NCBI GenBank assembly: GCA_964647565.1
Contig: CAZYIM010000029.1
Location: 17,148-39,009 of the forward strand
Length of the DNA: 21,862 nucleotides
Source: an uncultured Methanosarcinales archaeon
GTDB taxonomy: Archaea > Nanobdellota > Nanobdellia > Woesearchaeales > CAZYIM01
Direction: 5' to 3'
Of the stretch, positions 1-11,029 are shown in pieces (position 1 is the stretch's first letter; every line of letters begins with the position of its first letter). The notes under the pieces are model-generated. The model saw nothing but the letters and a program-made list of their open reading frames with translations. It did not search any database and was not told the DNA's origin. A program made the position numbers and the translations under genes.

Positions 1-1
1 C

Positions 2-1048
2 GATGTTTATGGTACGGCTCAGATCAAGTATCTCCCTTATGAAACCAAAACTCCTGTTGTGATAATTCCCTCAAAGAAAAAAACTCTGCTTCTAATTCAA
101 AAGGATCGGCCCACCACCATCGAGATCAACAACCAAGACATCGGAGAAGCATTTGTCGAGCAGTTCAACACTCTCTGGAACCAGGATGTCAAGATCATCA
201 AAGGATTTGAGAATGTGACTAACAAATTCACATCAATGCTTCATAAGATGAAAAAAGGGGAAGAATACCTAGTTTTGGGAGCCAACTATGGTTTGGGAGG
301 TGAGAAATTAAAAGATTGGTTCATAAAATATCACAAAAAAAGACATAAGAAAGGTATAAAAGCAAAGCTGTTAGCGCATCAAAGTCATAAAGGTGCTGTC
401 GAGCAATTGCATCAAGAAATAAACCAGGCAGGCAAAGATCCTTTTTCATTGGCACAATACAGGAAGCTACCTCCTGAATACAGCAGCCCAATGCAGATCA
501 ATCTATATGCGCCAGACAAAGTACTTATGTTCCTCTGGGAAGAAGAGATGGTCTGTTTTGAGATGAAATCCAAGACCATATATAACAATTTTAAGAGTCA
601 ATTTGAGAACCTCTGGAATCAAAATGTGAAGATCATAAAGGGTGAAACAGCTCTCAAGCAGTTTTTTTATGATTGCCTGGATGATTTTAAAAAAGGGGAA
701 GAGTATGGTGCTTTTGGTTCGACCAAGTTGGATAAGAAATTTATATCATTTTTCCAAGAATATCACCAGAAAAGAATAGAAAAAGACGTGAAGGTCAAGC
801 TTTTATTCAACAACAAGACTCTCAAAGGCCTAGAGAGTAATGCCCTCGTAAACTCAGAACTAAGACAATCGCCTCTTGAATTTGATTATCCTATGCTACT
901 GCAAGTGTTCAAAGATAAAATAGGTATTATTTTATACGATGAGAATATTGCAATTGAGATCGACAATAAGAAGATAAGGGACAATTTTAAGAATTTCTTT
1001 GATTCTATGTGGGCAATTGGAAAAGAATTTAAGAATAAAAAGAACTAG
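2..1048 (+). CDS. TrmB-family-like transcriptional regulator with tandem effector-binding domains, 5'-truncated by the window edge
   Basis: Frame is open from position 2 (DVYGTAQIKYLPYETKTPVV...), so the GTG at 59 is probably not the start. Repeated units end in FNTLWNQ, FENLWNQ and FDSMW; two begin VKIIKG and contain 'YHxKR..K.(I/V)K.KLL', resembling archaeal TrmB C-terminal domains. No HTH visible in the window. Confidence 0.7.
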   Translation, partial: DVYGTAQIKYLPYETKTPVVIIPSKKKTLLLIQKDRPTTIEINNQDIGEAFVEQFNTLWNQDVKIIKGFENVTNKFTSMLHKMKKGEEYLVLGANYGLGGEKLKDWFIKYHKKRHKKGIKAKLLAHQSHKGAVEQLHQEINQAGKDPFSLAQYRKLPPEYSSPMQINLYAPDKVLMFLWEEEMVCFEMKSKTIYNNFKSQFENLWNQNVKIIKGETALKQFFYDCLDDFKKGEEYGAFGSTKLDKKFISFFQEYHQKRIEKDVKVKLLFNNKTLKGLESNALVNSELRQSPLEFDYPMLLQVFKDKIGIILYDENIAIEIDNKKIRDNFKNFFDSMWAIGKEFKNKKN

Positions 1049-1233
1049 TCTTCTTCTACTTTGATTGCTTCGACAGGGCACTGTACTTCGCAGGCCTTGC
1101 ATGCAATGCAATCACCCTCATTTTTCACAATGACCTTACCATTCTCATCCTTGGCAAAGACTTCAACAGGGCATATATCAATACAATTTCCGCATTCAGT
1201 GCATTTTTCCTTATCAATTGTGACTTTCGGCAT
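1045..1233 (-). CDS. 2[4Fe-4S] dicluster ferredoxin
   Basis: 62 aa with two CxxCxxCxxxCP motifs (CTECGNCIDICP, CIACKACEVQCP); GAGGT SD upstream; stop overlaps the convergent gene's stop (CTAG, 1045-1048). Confidence 0.95.
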   Translation of the reverse strand: MPKVTIDKEKCTECGNCIDICPVEVFAKDENGKVIVKNEGDCIACKACEVQCPVEAIKVEED

Positions 1234-1256
1234 CTTTTAACCTCTTAGAATAATGA

Positions 1257-2315
1257 TTATTTATCTTCAGACTTTTTCTTGTTAGATTTGGATTTAGTAG
1301 TGGTAGTCTTCTTTTTGGCAGTCTTTTTCGCCGCAGGTTTCTTCTTCTTTTCTTCTTTAGCTTCAGGCACTTCTTTAGCTTCTTCCTTCTTCTCTTCCTT
1401 GCTTTCTTCAGCGTCTTTACCTTCTTCCTCGACTTCAGCTTCTTCCTTCTTCTCTTCGCCTTCTTCAGCTTCCACTTTCTCTTCAGCAGCTTCTTCCTTC
1501 TCTTCGCCTTCTTCAGCTTCCACTTTCTCTTCAGCAGCGTCTTCCTTTGCCTCAGGAGCTTCTTCTTTCACATCTTCAGGTTCATTTTTGGTCTCTGGTT
1601 TTTTCTGCTCTGTTTCTGTTGTACCCTCTTCAACTGGCTGAGATTCTTCATCTACTTCTTCAGAAGCCTTCTCTGTCTCTTGTTTTGCAGCCCTTTCTGC
1701 TCTAGTCTTTGATCTTGACAATTCTTTTTTAACATTAAGATCTTTTGTTTCAAGCTTAAATGACCTAATTTCGCAAGTCCTGATTGGGAAAACCTTTGAA
1801 ACGGAGTCCCTTAAGAATCGTTGCAGTTTATAGTTAATCAAGTCTGTAAGAATAGTATCGAATGTATTTTGTGCAAGCACATCATGGATAATTTTCCTTG
1901 CAGCAAGCCGAATCTTAGTAAGAATGTTCTTTTTAGCCTTATAGCTTGTGATTATCAGAGGTTTTACTCGAACAACCTTCTTATCTGATGTAACAGATAG
2001 GAATGAATCATCGATCTTAGCCCTGTCTCTCCTGACAAGCCTTTTTACTGAGCTGGCTGACATGAAGTAACCTAGGACCTCAGTATGGCCTTTGCCATCC
2101 ACAACCTTGTTAACCTTGAAGATAAGATTAATATGCTGTCTTTTAGGATCTCCTGTAATTGTCATCAAATTCAGGGTCATTGGTTTAGACTCAAGCAAGC
2201 TTGGATCTATCAAAAGGCTGTCTCCAAGTAACTTTTCACCTAATAGTTTAGGAGCTACAATAGGAAACCATCGCTTCTTCTTGACCTTTTTTCCTGACTT
2301 CTGTTTTGTTGCCAT
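1257..2315 (-). CDS. rps3ae: 30S ribosomal protein S3Ae (eS1) with long Glu/Lys/Ala-rich C-terminal extension
   Basis: KKRWFPIVAPK, LMTITGDPKRQHINLIFKV, VKRLVRR..KIDD and KVFPIRTCEIR motifs typical of eS1 in the first ~190 aa, followed by ~160 aa of low-complexity tail. Confidence 0.93.
   Translation of the reverse strand: MATKQKSGKKVKKKRWFPIVAPKLLGEKLLGDSLLIDPSLLESKPMTLNLMTITGDPKRQHINLIFKVNKVVDGKGHTEVLGYFMSASSVKRLVRRDRAKIDDSFLSVTSDKKVVRVKPLIITSYKAKKNILTKIRLAARKIIHDVLAQNTFDTILTDLINYKLQRFLRDSVSKVFPIRTCEIRSFKLETKDLNVKKELSRSKTRAERAAKQETEKASEEVDEESQPVEEGTTETEQKKPETKNEPEDVKEEAPEAKEDAAEEKVEAEEGEEKEEAAEEKVEAEEGEEKKEEAEVEEEGKDAEESKEEKKEEAKEVPEAKEEKKKKPAAKKTAKKKTTTTKSKSNKKKSEDK
1448..1538. repeat. 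48-bp-period intragenic tandem duplication in the rps3ae tail (AAEEKVEAEEGEEK twice)
   Basis: ttctcttcgccttcttcagcttccactttctcttcagcagc ends at both 1490 and 1538. Confidence 0.9.
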
Positions 2316-2338
2316 TATGCTCCAGAAAATGAGGTTTA

Positions 2339-2346
2339 TTTATAAA
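2339..2346 (-). promoter_or_regulatory. Putative TATA box for rps3ae-ferredoxin
   Basis: TTTATAAA about 24 bp upstream of the rps3ae ATG (2315). Confidence 0.6.
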
Positions 2347-2445
2347 GTTTTGCCTATGAAATAGGGAAAACTCAAGGAATGTAATGACAGAGTTTTGCCT
2401 ATGAAATAGGGAAAACTCAAGGAATGTAATGACAGAGTTTTGCCT
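2346..2445. repeat. Perfect 45-bp tandem repeat, about 2.2 copies
   Basis: Unit agttttgcctatgaaatagggaaaactcaaggaatgtaatgacag at 2346 and 2391, plus agttttgcct at 2436-2445; no spacer between copies. Confidence 0.95.
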
Positions 2446-2517
2446 CCCAAGAGATGCTTATAATTAAGATATTAATGATCGTATATATATCAAACGTAGA
2501 TATAAGAATCCAAACCT

Positions 2518-4470
<1,953 letters not shown>

Positions 4471-4544
4471 TCACTATCAGAAATGATAAGAATATAGATA
4501 TAATCAATAGGGATTTCTTTATATATCTTTCGATTGAAATTTGC

Positions 4545-4563
4545 GGTTTCAGGGCCTGAAACC
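4545..4563. promoter_or_regulatory. Perfect 9-bp inverted repeat between the operon 3' end and the gyrB upstream region
   Basis: ggtttcagg-g-cctgaaacc is directly visible; a regulatory role is inferred only. Confidence 0.4.
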
Positions 4564-4636
4564 TTTAAATTCGGGCATTTCATCTGTTCAAATACCGGGG
4601 TTTGAAGGGTTAAGAAGCATAGTATCCTAGAACAGA

Positions 4637-5332
4637 CTATTTATCCAACAGTCGCTCGGCCATTTTTATGTCCGCAGGATAGTTTATGTTAATAAAATAA
4701 CCGATGTCTGCAGCCATTATAAGATGCTTGGACGCGAGTTCATCCATTGCATACGCAAAGCTCATATCCTGTTTATTTTTCAGAGGCTCATCAAGTTGAT
4801 CCAAGAAATCATGCTTCATAAATGCATTATAAACTAAAACATAATCCTTCAAATCTCTGCTTGCACTTATTATCCTATACTCTCCTGAAATAGAGTCAAG
4901 TTTAACTCTTTTCAGAGTCTCAGGCTCGCCAGTTTCAATAGTAAAGGTTGCATCAGCAGCCATGAGATTGTTGAAGGAAACGATTTTTTTGATCTGCCAA
5001 GGAAATAAAATATTATCTCCACAAAAACAAAAAGCATCAGAACCATTAAGATACTTTCTAGCAGAAAGAATAACACTCTCAGGCCCTTTACCTTCAGCCT
5101 CAAAATAACTGATACGCACTCCTAAGTCAGCTCCATCTCCAAAATAATCTTTTATCTGCTGACCAAGATAACCTACATTTATCAGGTAATCATCAATTCC
5201 TGCTTCTAGAGCATAACTAATAGCATGCTCAAGGATTGGTTTGTTATTTACCTCTACCAAAGGCTTAGGTTTTGTATCTGTCAACGCGCCCATTCTTCGG
5301 CCTCTCCCTCCTGCAAGCACTATTGTTTTCAT
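4637..5332 (-). CDS. Sugar-phosphate nucleotidyltransferase (NTP_transferase / NDP-sugar pyrophosphorylase family)
   Basis: LAGGRGRRM...KPKPL signature, GYLGQQIKDYFGDG, CGDNI and NINYPAD; no left-handed beta-helix domain. Confidence 0.92.
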   Translation of the reverse strand: MKTIVLAGGRGRRMGALTDTKPKPLVEVNNKPILEHAISYALEAGIDDYLINVGYLGQQIKDYFGDGADLGVRISYFEAEGKGPESVILSARKYLNGSDAFCFCGDNILFPWQIKKIVSFNNLMAADATFTIETGEPETLKRVKLDSISGEYRIISASRDLKDYVLVYNAFMKHDFLDQLDEPLKNKQDMSFAYAMDELASKHLIMAADIGYFININYPADIKMAERLLDK

Positions 5333-6102
5333 TTTTCAAGCACCTTGAAATATTTATCAACAGTTGATTTAATATTGCCTACAATCATGTTTGGAGTGCC
5401 TGAACTATCTATGAACTTCAGACTACTCACCAAATCACCCAATGCCTTAAAATTGCGCTTAACTCTACTAATATAATCTGGCTTTTCATTTGGATAAATG
5501 ATGCCTCCTTTTTCTGGAGATCTCTTCATAACCCGATCATAGGCTATCAGAGTTTCGCATTCCAGAACAAAACTAATATTAGACACAGGATCAAAATCAG
5601 AGATCTTGATTAGCTCTGTCAGTTCAGTTTCATTCGATGCATGATACGCCAACTGTGAAAGATAACTCCTGTTCTGGATCACTAGATTTTGTTCATCACT
5701 CAAGTAAGGCAAAAGAAAGCTATAAACAAAATGTTTTCTGCCTGCTGTCAACAAGAGAATGGAACAATCATTCCCAGGATGCATATCATGATTTTGCCAA
5801 AGATATTTAGCCACCTGTCTAAAAGGATCCTGTTTTTTCTGGACAAACATCACTATATTGTAATCCTGATAAAATGCATCAGCCCCCAGTTTTTGCTCAA
5901 GCAATTCGATCTGCGTATCTTTGCCTGCTCCGCTATGTCCGTCCACAGTTATGAGTTTGCCCAATTTAGGATAATCCTTTTCAAGAGGTCTTTCCATTTC
6001 AAACATGCCTAAAAGAAAAGAATAAAGCCGTTCAACTGATTCAGAGGAATTGTTTAGAGACTGTGTAAAAGAAATAACTTCTTCAAACTTATTTTCTTTC
6101 AT
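5329..6102 (-). CDS. Thymidylate-kinase-like nucleoside monophosphate kinase (divergent)
   Basis: P-loop ITVDGHSGAGKDTQ; VIQNRSYLSQLAY resembles the TMK DRxxxSxxAY motif; PNEKPDYISRVKRNF lid-like segment; ~45-aa N-terminal extension; ATGA overlaps at both ends. Confidence 0.85.
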   Translation of the reverse strand: MKENKFEEVISFTQSLNNSSESVERLYSFLLGMFEMERPLEKDYPKLGKLITVDGHSGAGKDTQIELLEQKLGADAFYQDYNIVMFVQKKQDPFRQVAKYLWQNHDMHPGNDCSILLLTAGRKHFVYSFLLPYLSDEQNLVIQNRSYLSQLAYHASNETELTELIKISDFDPVSNISFVLECETLIAYDRVMKRSPEKGGIIYPNEKPDYISRVKRNFKALGDLVSSLKFIDSSGTPNMIVGNIKSTVDKYFKVLEK

Positions 6103-6815
6103 CGGTCTCTCCTAAATCTATCAAGAACAGAATTGATAATTGTCGTTGTGGGGGTAGCTCTTTGGTTCTCTAATTTAGGAAACAGCTTCAGCGTACCACC
6201 AAAGGATTTGACTGCATCAATCTCGCGTTTGACAATATCTTGATCAGATATATCTCTCTTTTCTTTAAAGAAATAAGCAGGTCTAATTTTATTTATTGCG
6301 TCTAAACAATCAGGTTTTTCCAAAGGAATAACAAAATCTATTGCTTTTATCTTCGATAACATGTTCAGCCTTTCATTTATATGCAATATAGGTCTGGCTG
6401 CACCTTTTTTTTCAGAAATATCTTTGTCTAAAAGGACTAAAACACCTAGCTTAAAATTAGGAGTGCTCCCCATTTCCTGCTTGACCAAATGCATATTACG
6501 GGCATGCCCAATGTGACAAAGATCATAACATCCTGATACCAAACCAAGAACATCACCAGTCCTAACACTATGTTCTGCCATTTCAGACACACTTCTAATT
6601 TTTTCAGATATGCACATATCAGGTTTTTCAGGCTTCATCCCATTCTTGCCAAGTATCCTATTCAGAAGAACATCTGAAGACCTGTTCTGCATATCCAGAT
6701 TAAGTTCAGTCGTCAGAGCATCACAGCCTTCAAAATAACCCAGATACTCAATCCATTCTTCTGGAGTATAAAAATCAAGATGCTTCAGATTCCATAATAT
6801 TTCTTGGACATTCAT
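6099..6815 (-). CDS. HxGH cytidylyltransferase-like protein (RfaE/HldE domain II or TagD-like) with ~85-aa N-terminal extension
   Basis: SGCYDLCHIGH, KKGAARPILHINERLNML, IDFVIP and TTTIINSV motifs. ATG at 6815 overlaps the upstream TGA (ATGA) and is preferred over GTG 6824. Confidence 0.88.
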   Translation of the reverse strand: MNVQEILWNLKHLDFYTPEEWIEYLGYFEGCDALTTELNLDMQNRSSDVLLNRILGKNGMKPEKPDMCISEKIRSVSEMAEHSVRTGDVLGLVSGCYDLCHIGHARNMHLVKQEMGSTPNFKLGVLVLLDKDISEKKGAARPILHINERLNMLSKIKAIDFVIPLEKPDCLDAINKIRPAYFFKEKRDISDQDIVKREIDAVKSFGGTLKLFPKLENQRATPTTTIINSVLDRFRRDR

Positions 6816-8074
6816 TTTGTACACCCTGAAACATTAACATCCTTGACACAATAGGGATCATGACCATCGAGATCTCCATCAAAGACATAAGCCATGACAG
6901 GGCAGCCACCGTTGCATTTTACTATGTGATACTTACAGCCCTTACAGCAGGCTCTGGTGACATTTCTTGCTTGGTTAAGAATATCAGAATTATACCATAT
7001 CTCTAATAAGTCCTTACCCCGAACATCTTCACCTATCCATCTTTCTAAATTGACAAAGTATCCACAAGGCACCAACCGAGCAAAAGCATCTAAGGTCATA
7101 CCACTTGATCCCAAAGGACACTTAGAGTTATCAAAAGGAAATGGAGAATACTTTCCTAAAACTCTGCCTTTGTTTTCAGCTGCCCCTTCACAAAAGATAT
7201 CGAAGTTTATCCTAGCCTTGTACTTGGGCAACCCTGCCCGTGCTCTAAGTTCCTGCACCTTTTTAGCAGCAACAACTATCTCCTCAGGTGTCAGCATATC
7301 TTCTTTTCTAGCTCTGCCAGTTGGCCTCAATAATCCCAAGCTTATCAAAGCATTATACTTTTGGGCCAGATTAAACATTTCCTCAATAAAAATCTTGTTA
7401 GTTTTCATCAGAACCATGTTTATGGTCAGTTGAACAGGAGTATCAGATTTTTTATTATATTCCGAAATGCCAGTCAAGGTTCGAATAATTTTTTCATAGG
7501 TTCCCTGTCCCCTGATCTGATCATTGAGTTTCTCAGGACCATCCAGGCTCACCCTTATATCATTTATACCTGTTGCCAGGATCCTATCAAGCATTTCCTT
7601 TCCAAATAGTCCATTGGTATTCAAACCTATCCTGACACCCTGCTTATGGATGAACTCAACAATATTAAAAAAATCTGTCCTTGTTGTGGGTTCACCACCT
7701 GTAAGCCGGATATAATCGCCACCCGATTCTGAAAACTGTGTCAATATATCCTTAATTTCATTTAAAGTGGCCTCTTTTTTTGGCCACTTCTTTGCATTCG
7801 AGTCCATAAAACATTCAACACAGGACCCATTGCATTTTTTTGTTATCTCAAAAAACATGGCCCGCGGACTTGAAGTGGCATTTTGGGGAAGGCTATATCC
7901 TTTCTCAGTCAAATCAACAAATTTAACCCAGTCTCCTGTTGAACGAGCAGATAATAAATCTAACTTTTTTTGCACATATTGTCCAGGACTTAAAAAGATA
8001 GACTCACCTGTCGATGTATCAACAAATAAACCACCAAATGACTCTTTTCTTAATATCAGTTTCTTTCTTTGCAT
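6812..8074 (-). CDS. Radical SAM/SPASM domain enzyme
   Basis: CNGSCVEC, LTGGEPT, NTNG, VSLDG; C-terminal CPLG...LVPC...CKGCKYHIVKCNGGCP...DPYC full SPASM cysteine pattern. Confidence 0.95.
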   Translation of the reverse strand: MQRKKLILRKESFGGLFVDTSTGESIFLSPGQYVQKKLDLLSARSTGDWVKFVDLTEKGYSLPQNATSSPRAMFFEITKKCNGSCVECFMDSNAKKWPKKEATLNEIKDILTQFSESGGDYIRLTGGEPTTRTDFFNIVEFIHKQGVRIGLNTNGLFGKEMLDRILATGINDIRVSLDGPEKLNDQIRGQGTYEKIIRTLTGISEYNKKSDTPVQLTINMVLMKTNKIFIEEMFNLAQKYNALISLGLLRPTGRARKEDMLTPEEIVVAAKKVQELRARAGLPKYKARINFDIFCEGAAENKGRVLGKYSPFPFDNSKCPLGSSGMTLDAFARLVPCGYFVNLERWIGEDVRGKDLLEIWYNSDILNQARNVTRACCKGCKYHIVKCNGGCPVMAYVFDGDLDGHDPYCVKDVNVSGCTK

Positions 8075-8082
8075 TTTAATTA

Positions 8083-9219
8083 TCAGACAAAACTATTGTG
8101 ATATTTCGGGCTTTTAAAATATTCAATAATCTCATTGTAACGGCTCATAGGATGCGTGCACCACTTAATGCATTCAATCTTTTTTATCCTTTTAAGGACA
8201 TCTGTTCTTTTTTTGCTTTCCCAAATCTGTTTGAATGTCTGACCGTTTGCATAATCGAGAGTACCGATATTCCACTCACTAACAAATCGTAGGTTGCAAC
8301 ATGGATAAACCTTCTTGTCCGCAGTAATTACCGTAAATAAAGGCGTGGCAAGGCATCTTCCTGTGATGTGCTCAATCCCATTAGCGCCTTGCCGCATATA
8401 TCCCCCTCTCCTGGGCGATTCCTCTCTTGAAGATATTTTTTTCGCGTCAAAATCAGATATCCAATAATCAATCAGAATCCGCATCTCTCCAGTATATGCC
8501 TGCTTTTGTCTTTCGAATTCAGTGATAAGCTTCTTTTTCTGCTCAACAGTCATCGAAGACTTCCTACCTGCCTCCTCAAAGAAAGGCGGCCTAAAAAATA
8601 CATAGTCTACGCCAGATATATCCCCCAGTGCAATCGCTTCTTTGACAAGATGTATCATCGCATAATCCATTGCAAAAGAGAGACCGACAATAGGATGTCT
8701 CTGCTTGTTTTTCTTTCTGAGTATCATAATTTGAGAGACGCCATCCATTATTTTAGAAAAGTCGTTGCTCCTGTGCAATTTGTTGTGGCTCTCTGATGTA
8801 GGACCATCAATGCTGACCCTGACATAGCTCGCAGCAGATACTATGCTTTTATGGAGTTTTGCCAGCTGGCTACCATTAGTGACAATGCCGATTTCAAAGC
8901 CAAGCTCTTTTGCTTCATTAAGAATATCTGCAAACTGTTGGTGAAGGGTAGGCTCACCTCCACCCTTGAACACAACACCTTTCACACCCAAAGATTTGAG
9001 TTCTATGAGTAATTTTGAGACAAATGATCTTTCTAAAGAATTATTGCTGTGAGCAGGATCAACACACCACCAGCAATTGTGGTTACAAAAATCTACCAGG
9101 TCCAATTCTACTGTGACTGGAAAGACGTCTTTATCATGAGCCAGGTTTCTGATTTTATCTATATGGTTTAGATACTTATATGGACTAAATTCTATATCCT
9201 CAAATGAATCCCCTAACAT
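8083..9219 (-). CDS. Radical SAM enzyme with Twitch-like auxiliary-cluster domain
   Basis: CNHNCWWC, KGGGEPT, VTNG, VRVSIDG; C-terminal CLATP...VYPCC...IGTL...IW...CIKWC. Confidence 0.93.
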   Translation of the reverse strand: MLGDSFEDIEFSPYKYLNHIDKIRNLAHDKDVFPVTVELDLVDFCNHNCWWCVDPAHSNNSLERSFVSKLLIELKSLGVKGVVFKGGGEPTLHQQFADILNEAKELGFEIGIVTNGSQLAKLHKSIVSAASYVRVSIDGPTSESHNKLHRSNDFSKIMDGVSQIMILRKKNKQRHPIVGLSFAMDYAMIHLVKEAIALGDISGVDYVFFRPPFFEEAGRKSSMTVEQKKKLITEFERQKQAYTGEMRILIDYWISDFDAKKISSREESPRRGGYMRQGANGIEHITGRCLATPLFTVITADKKVYPCCNLRFVSEWNIGTLDYANGQTFKQIWESKKRTDVLKRIKKIECIKWCTHPMSRYNEIIEYFKSPKYHNSFV

Positions 9220-9230
9220 CTTACCCCCAT

Positions 9231-9701
9231 TTATTTCAGGACACCCTTTAGGACATCCAGATGTGTTTTATTGACTTTCTGATGCTCCAGATCATCCAGA
9301 TCCGCCCAAAATACTTCACTAACCTCTCGCGTATCAATGATTTTAATTTCTTTATCTCCAACAATCTCAACTAAAAAAAATGTCGGCTCTGAATGAAAAT
9401 ATCTGTCAATATCATCAGCATAAAAAAATTCCTTCTTGGTCTTGATAGGAGTTTTATTGACTAAACTTATATTGAGACCTGTCTCTTCAAAGAACTCTCT
9501 TTTCAAACCCTCACCCAGGGACTCGCCAGGCTTTACTGCACCACCAGGTAGACTAATCAATCCACCTTTCCAATTTGGTTTGACCAATAAAACCTTTTTT
9601 CCATCTCGGACTAGGCCATAGACAGACAACCTCTTATGAACTTCTCTATCTTTTGGTTTGATGCAACTCTTACCTTGTCTATCCCTAAATTGTTGAGCCA
9701 T
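9231..9701 (-). CDS. NUDIX hydrolase
   Basis: Nudix box PGGAVKPGESLGEGLKREFFEETGL; ATG at 9701 is preceded by a GGTGAT SD and is preferred over TTG 9713. Confidence 0.95.
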   Translation of the reverse strand: MAQQFRDRQGKSCIKPKDREVHKRLSVYGLVRDGKKVLLVKPNWKGGLISLPGGAVKPGESLGEGLKREFFEETGLNISLVNKTPIKTKKEFFYADDIDRYFHSEPTFFLVEIVGDKEIKIIDTREVSEVFWADLDDLEHQKVNKTHLDVLKGVLK

Positions 9702-9715
9702 CTTATCACCCAATT

Positions 9716-11026
9716 TCAGCCAAGTATCTTCTTATAACAATACCATTCGCTAGTATTAAGTATTTGACCTTTAAGTTGATTTAAAACATCTGCGTTTGCA
9801 TTAATCTTGGCATAGTCTATATTCTGAATCGGACATGAACCCACGCATTGATGATTGGTAAAGTATTTACAAGCTATACAATCATCTGACTTAAGGGACA
9901 AGTCCCGAAATATGGTCCATGCGGATTCCTGCTTCCATATATCTAAAAAATGTGGAATATTGTTAATAGGGAATGTTCCTGCTAAAAAAGGTTTCCTTAT
10001 GGCAGGCGCCGCTTCTAAGTCTGTTGCAGGGCAATATGAACAACCATAAACAACAAACTCTTTGTTTTCTGCATCGTAATCAAGATTAGTGCCCTCTCTA
10101 CCCGCTGCACAGGAAGATTTTTTATTGAATACAGGATCTGAGTAAATTTGATCTTTGAAATCAGTCTCCATCGTGGTAGTAACCCTTATGCCAAGCTTTT
10201 TCTTGGCAATTACCAGTTGCTCTATGACATTTTTGAACTCTTCGGCAGTCACCATATCTTTCTTCATCTTAGGATCTCTTACCTGGGGTCTTAGAGGTAT
10301 AACAGTTATGCTTTCTGCATCCACATCCTTGGTTATCTTTCCAAGCTCCATCATCTGATCCTTGTTCTCCTTAGTAAGCACTGTTGTAAGTCTCAAGCGT
10401 ATCGACGGATTCTTGGATTTTAAGTATTTCAGATTACGAATAATAGTATCAAAGGTGCCTGACCTATATTTATTGTGAGTTTCCCTATTACCATCAATAG
10501 AGCATATTAACCATAAGTTTTTTTCTTCACATAATGCATCCATAATCTCATTACTGATCACACCGTTGGTAGCAACAGACACATAAACTCCTTCTTGCTG
10601 AAACTTGTGCACAATGTCCAGGAAATCAGGATGCGTTGTCGGCTCACCACCAGTCAGTCTGACTTCAATCAGGCCGCTTTGTCCCATGAACTCTGCAATC
10701 TCCATTATAGCCTTAGTAGGCACATGAGACCCTCCTTTTTTGGCCTTGATAAAGCAAGTCGGGCATTCCAGATTACAGTTTCTTGTAATCTGAAAATAAA
10801 TACGCCGTGGAAACCTTGTGTGAGTTTTTGGGGTTGAGCCTGCGAATATGATTACATCTTTGCCCTGAACTTTTTGGATATAAGCGTCTTTCATCACCTG
10901 TTCTGAGAAGTCATCAGGCAGATAGCTCTCGAAATCTTCTTGGGATATTACCAATCGCTTTCCACTCTCTGTGTCAAACTTGACATATTCATCAAATTCA
11001 GGATGTTCTTTGTATATTTTTAGCAT
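9716..11026 (-). CDS. Radical SAM/SPASM domain enzyme
   Basis: CNLECPTC, LTGGEPT, ATNG, SIDG; C-terminal CAAGR...GCSYC...CIACKYFTNHQCVGSCP...WYC. Confidence 0.95.
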   Translation of the reverse strand: MLKIYKEHPEFDEYVKFDTESGKRLVISQEDFESYLPDDFSEQVMKDAYIQKVQGKDVIIFAGSTPKTHTRFPRRIYFQITRNCNLECPTCFIKAKKGGSHVPTKAIMEIAEFMGQSGLIEVRLTGGEPTTHPDFLDIVHKFQQEGVYVSVATNGVISNEIMDALCEEKNLWLICSIDGNRETHNKYRSGTFDTIIRNLKYLKSKNPSIRLRLTTVLTKENKDQMMELGKITKDVDAESITVIPLRPQVRDPKMKKDMVTAEEFKNVIEQLVIAKKKLGIRVTTTMETDFKDQIYSDPVFNKKSSCAAGREGTNLDYDAENKEFVVYGCSYCPATDLEAAPAIRKPFLAGTFPINNIPHFLDIWKQESAWTIFRDLSLKSDDCIACKYFTNHQCVGSCPIQNIDYAKINANADVLNQLKGQILNTSEWYCYKKILG

Positions 11027-11029
11027 TTT

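Noticed and set aside
2346..2445. Possible mini CRISPR array
   Set aside because: Units are contiguous and identical with no unique spacers, and there are no cas genes in the window.
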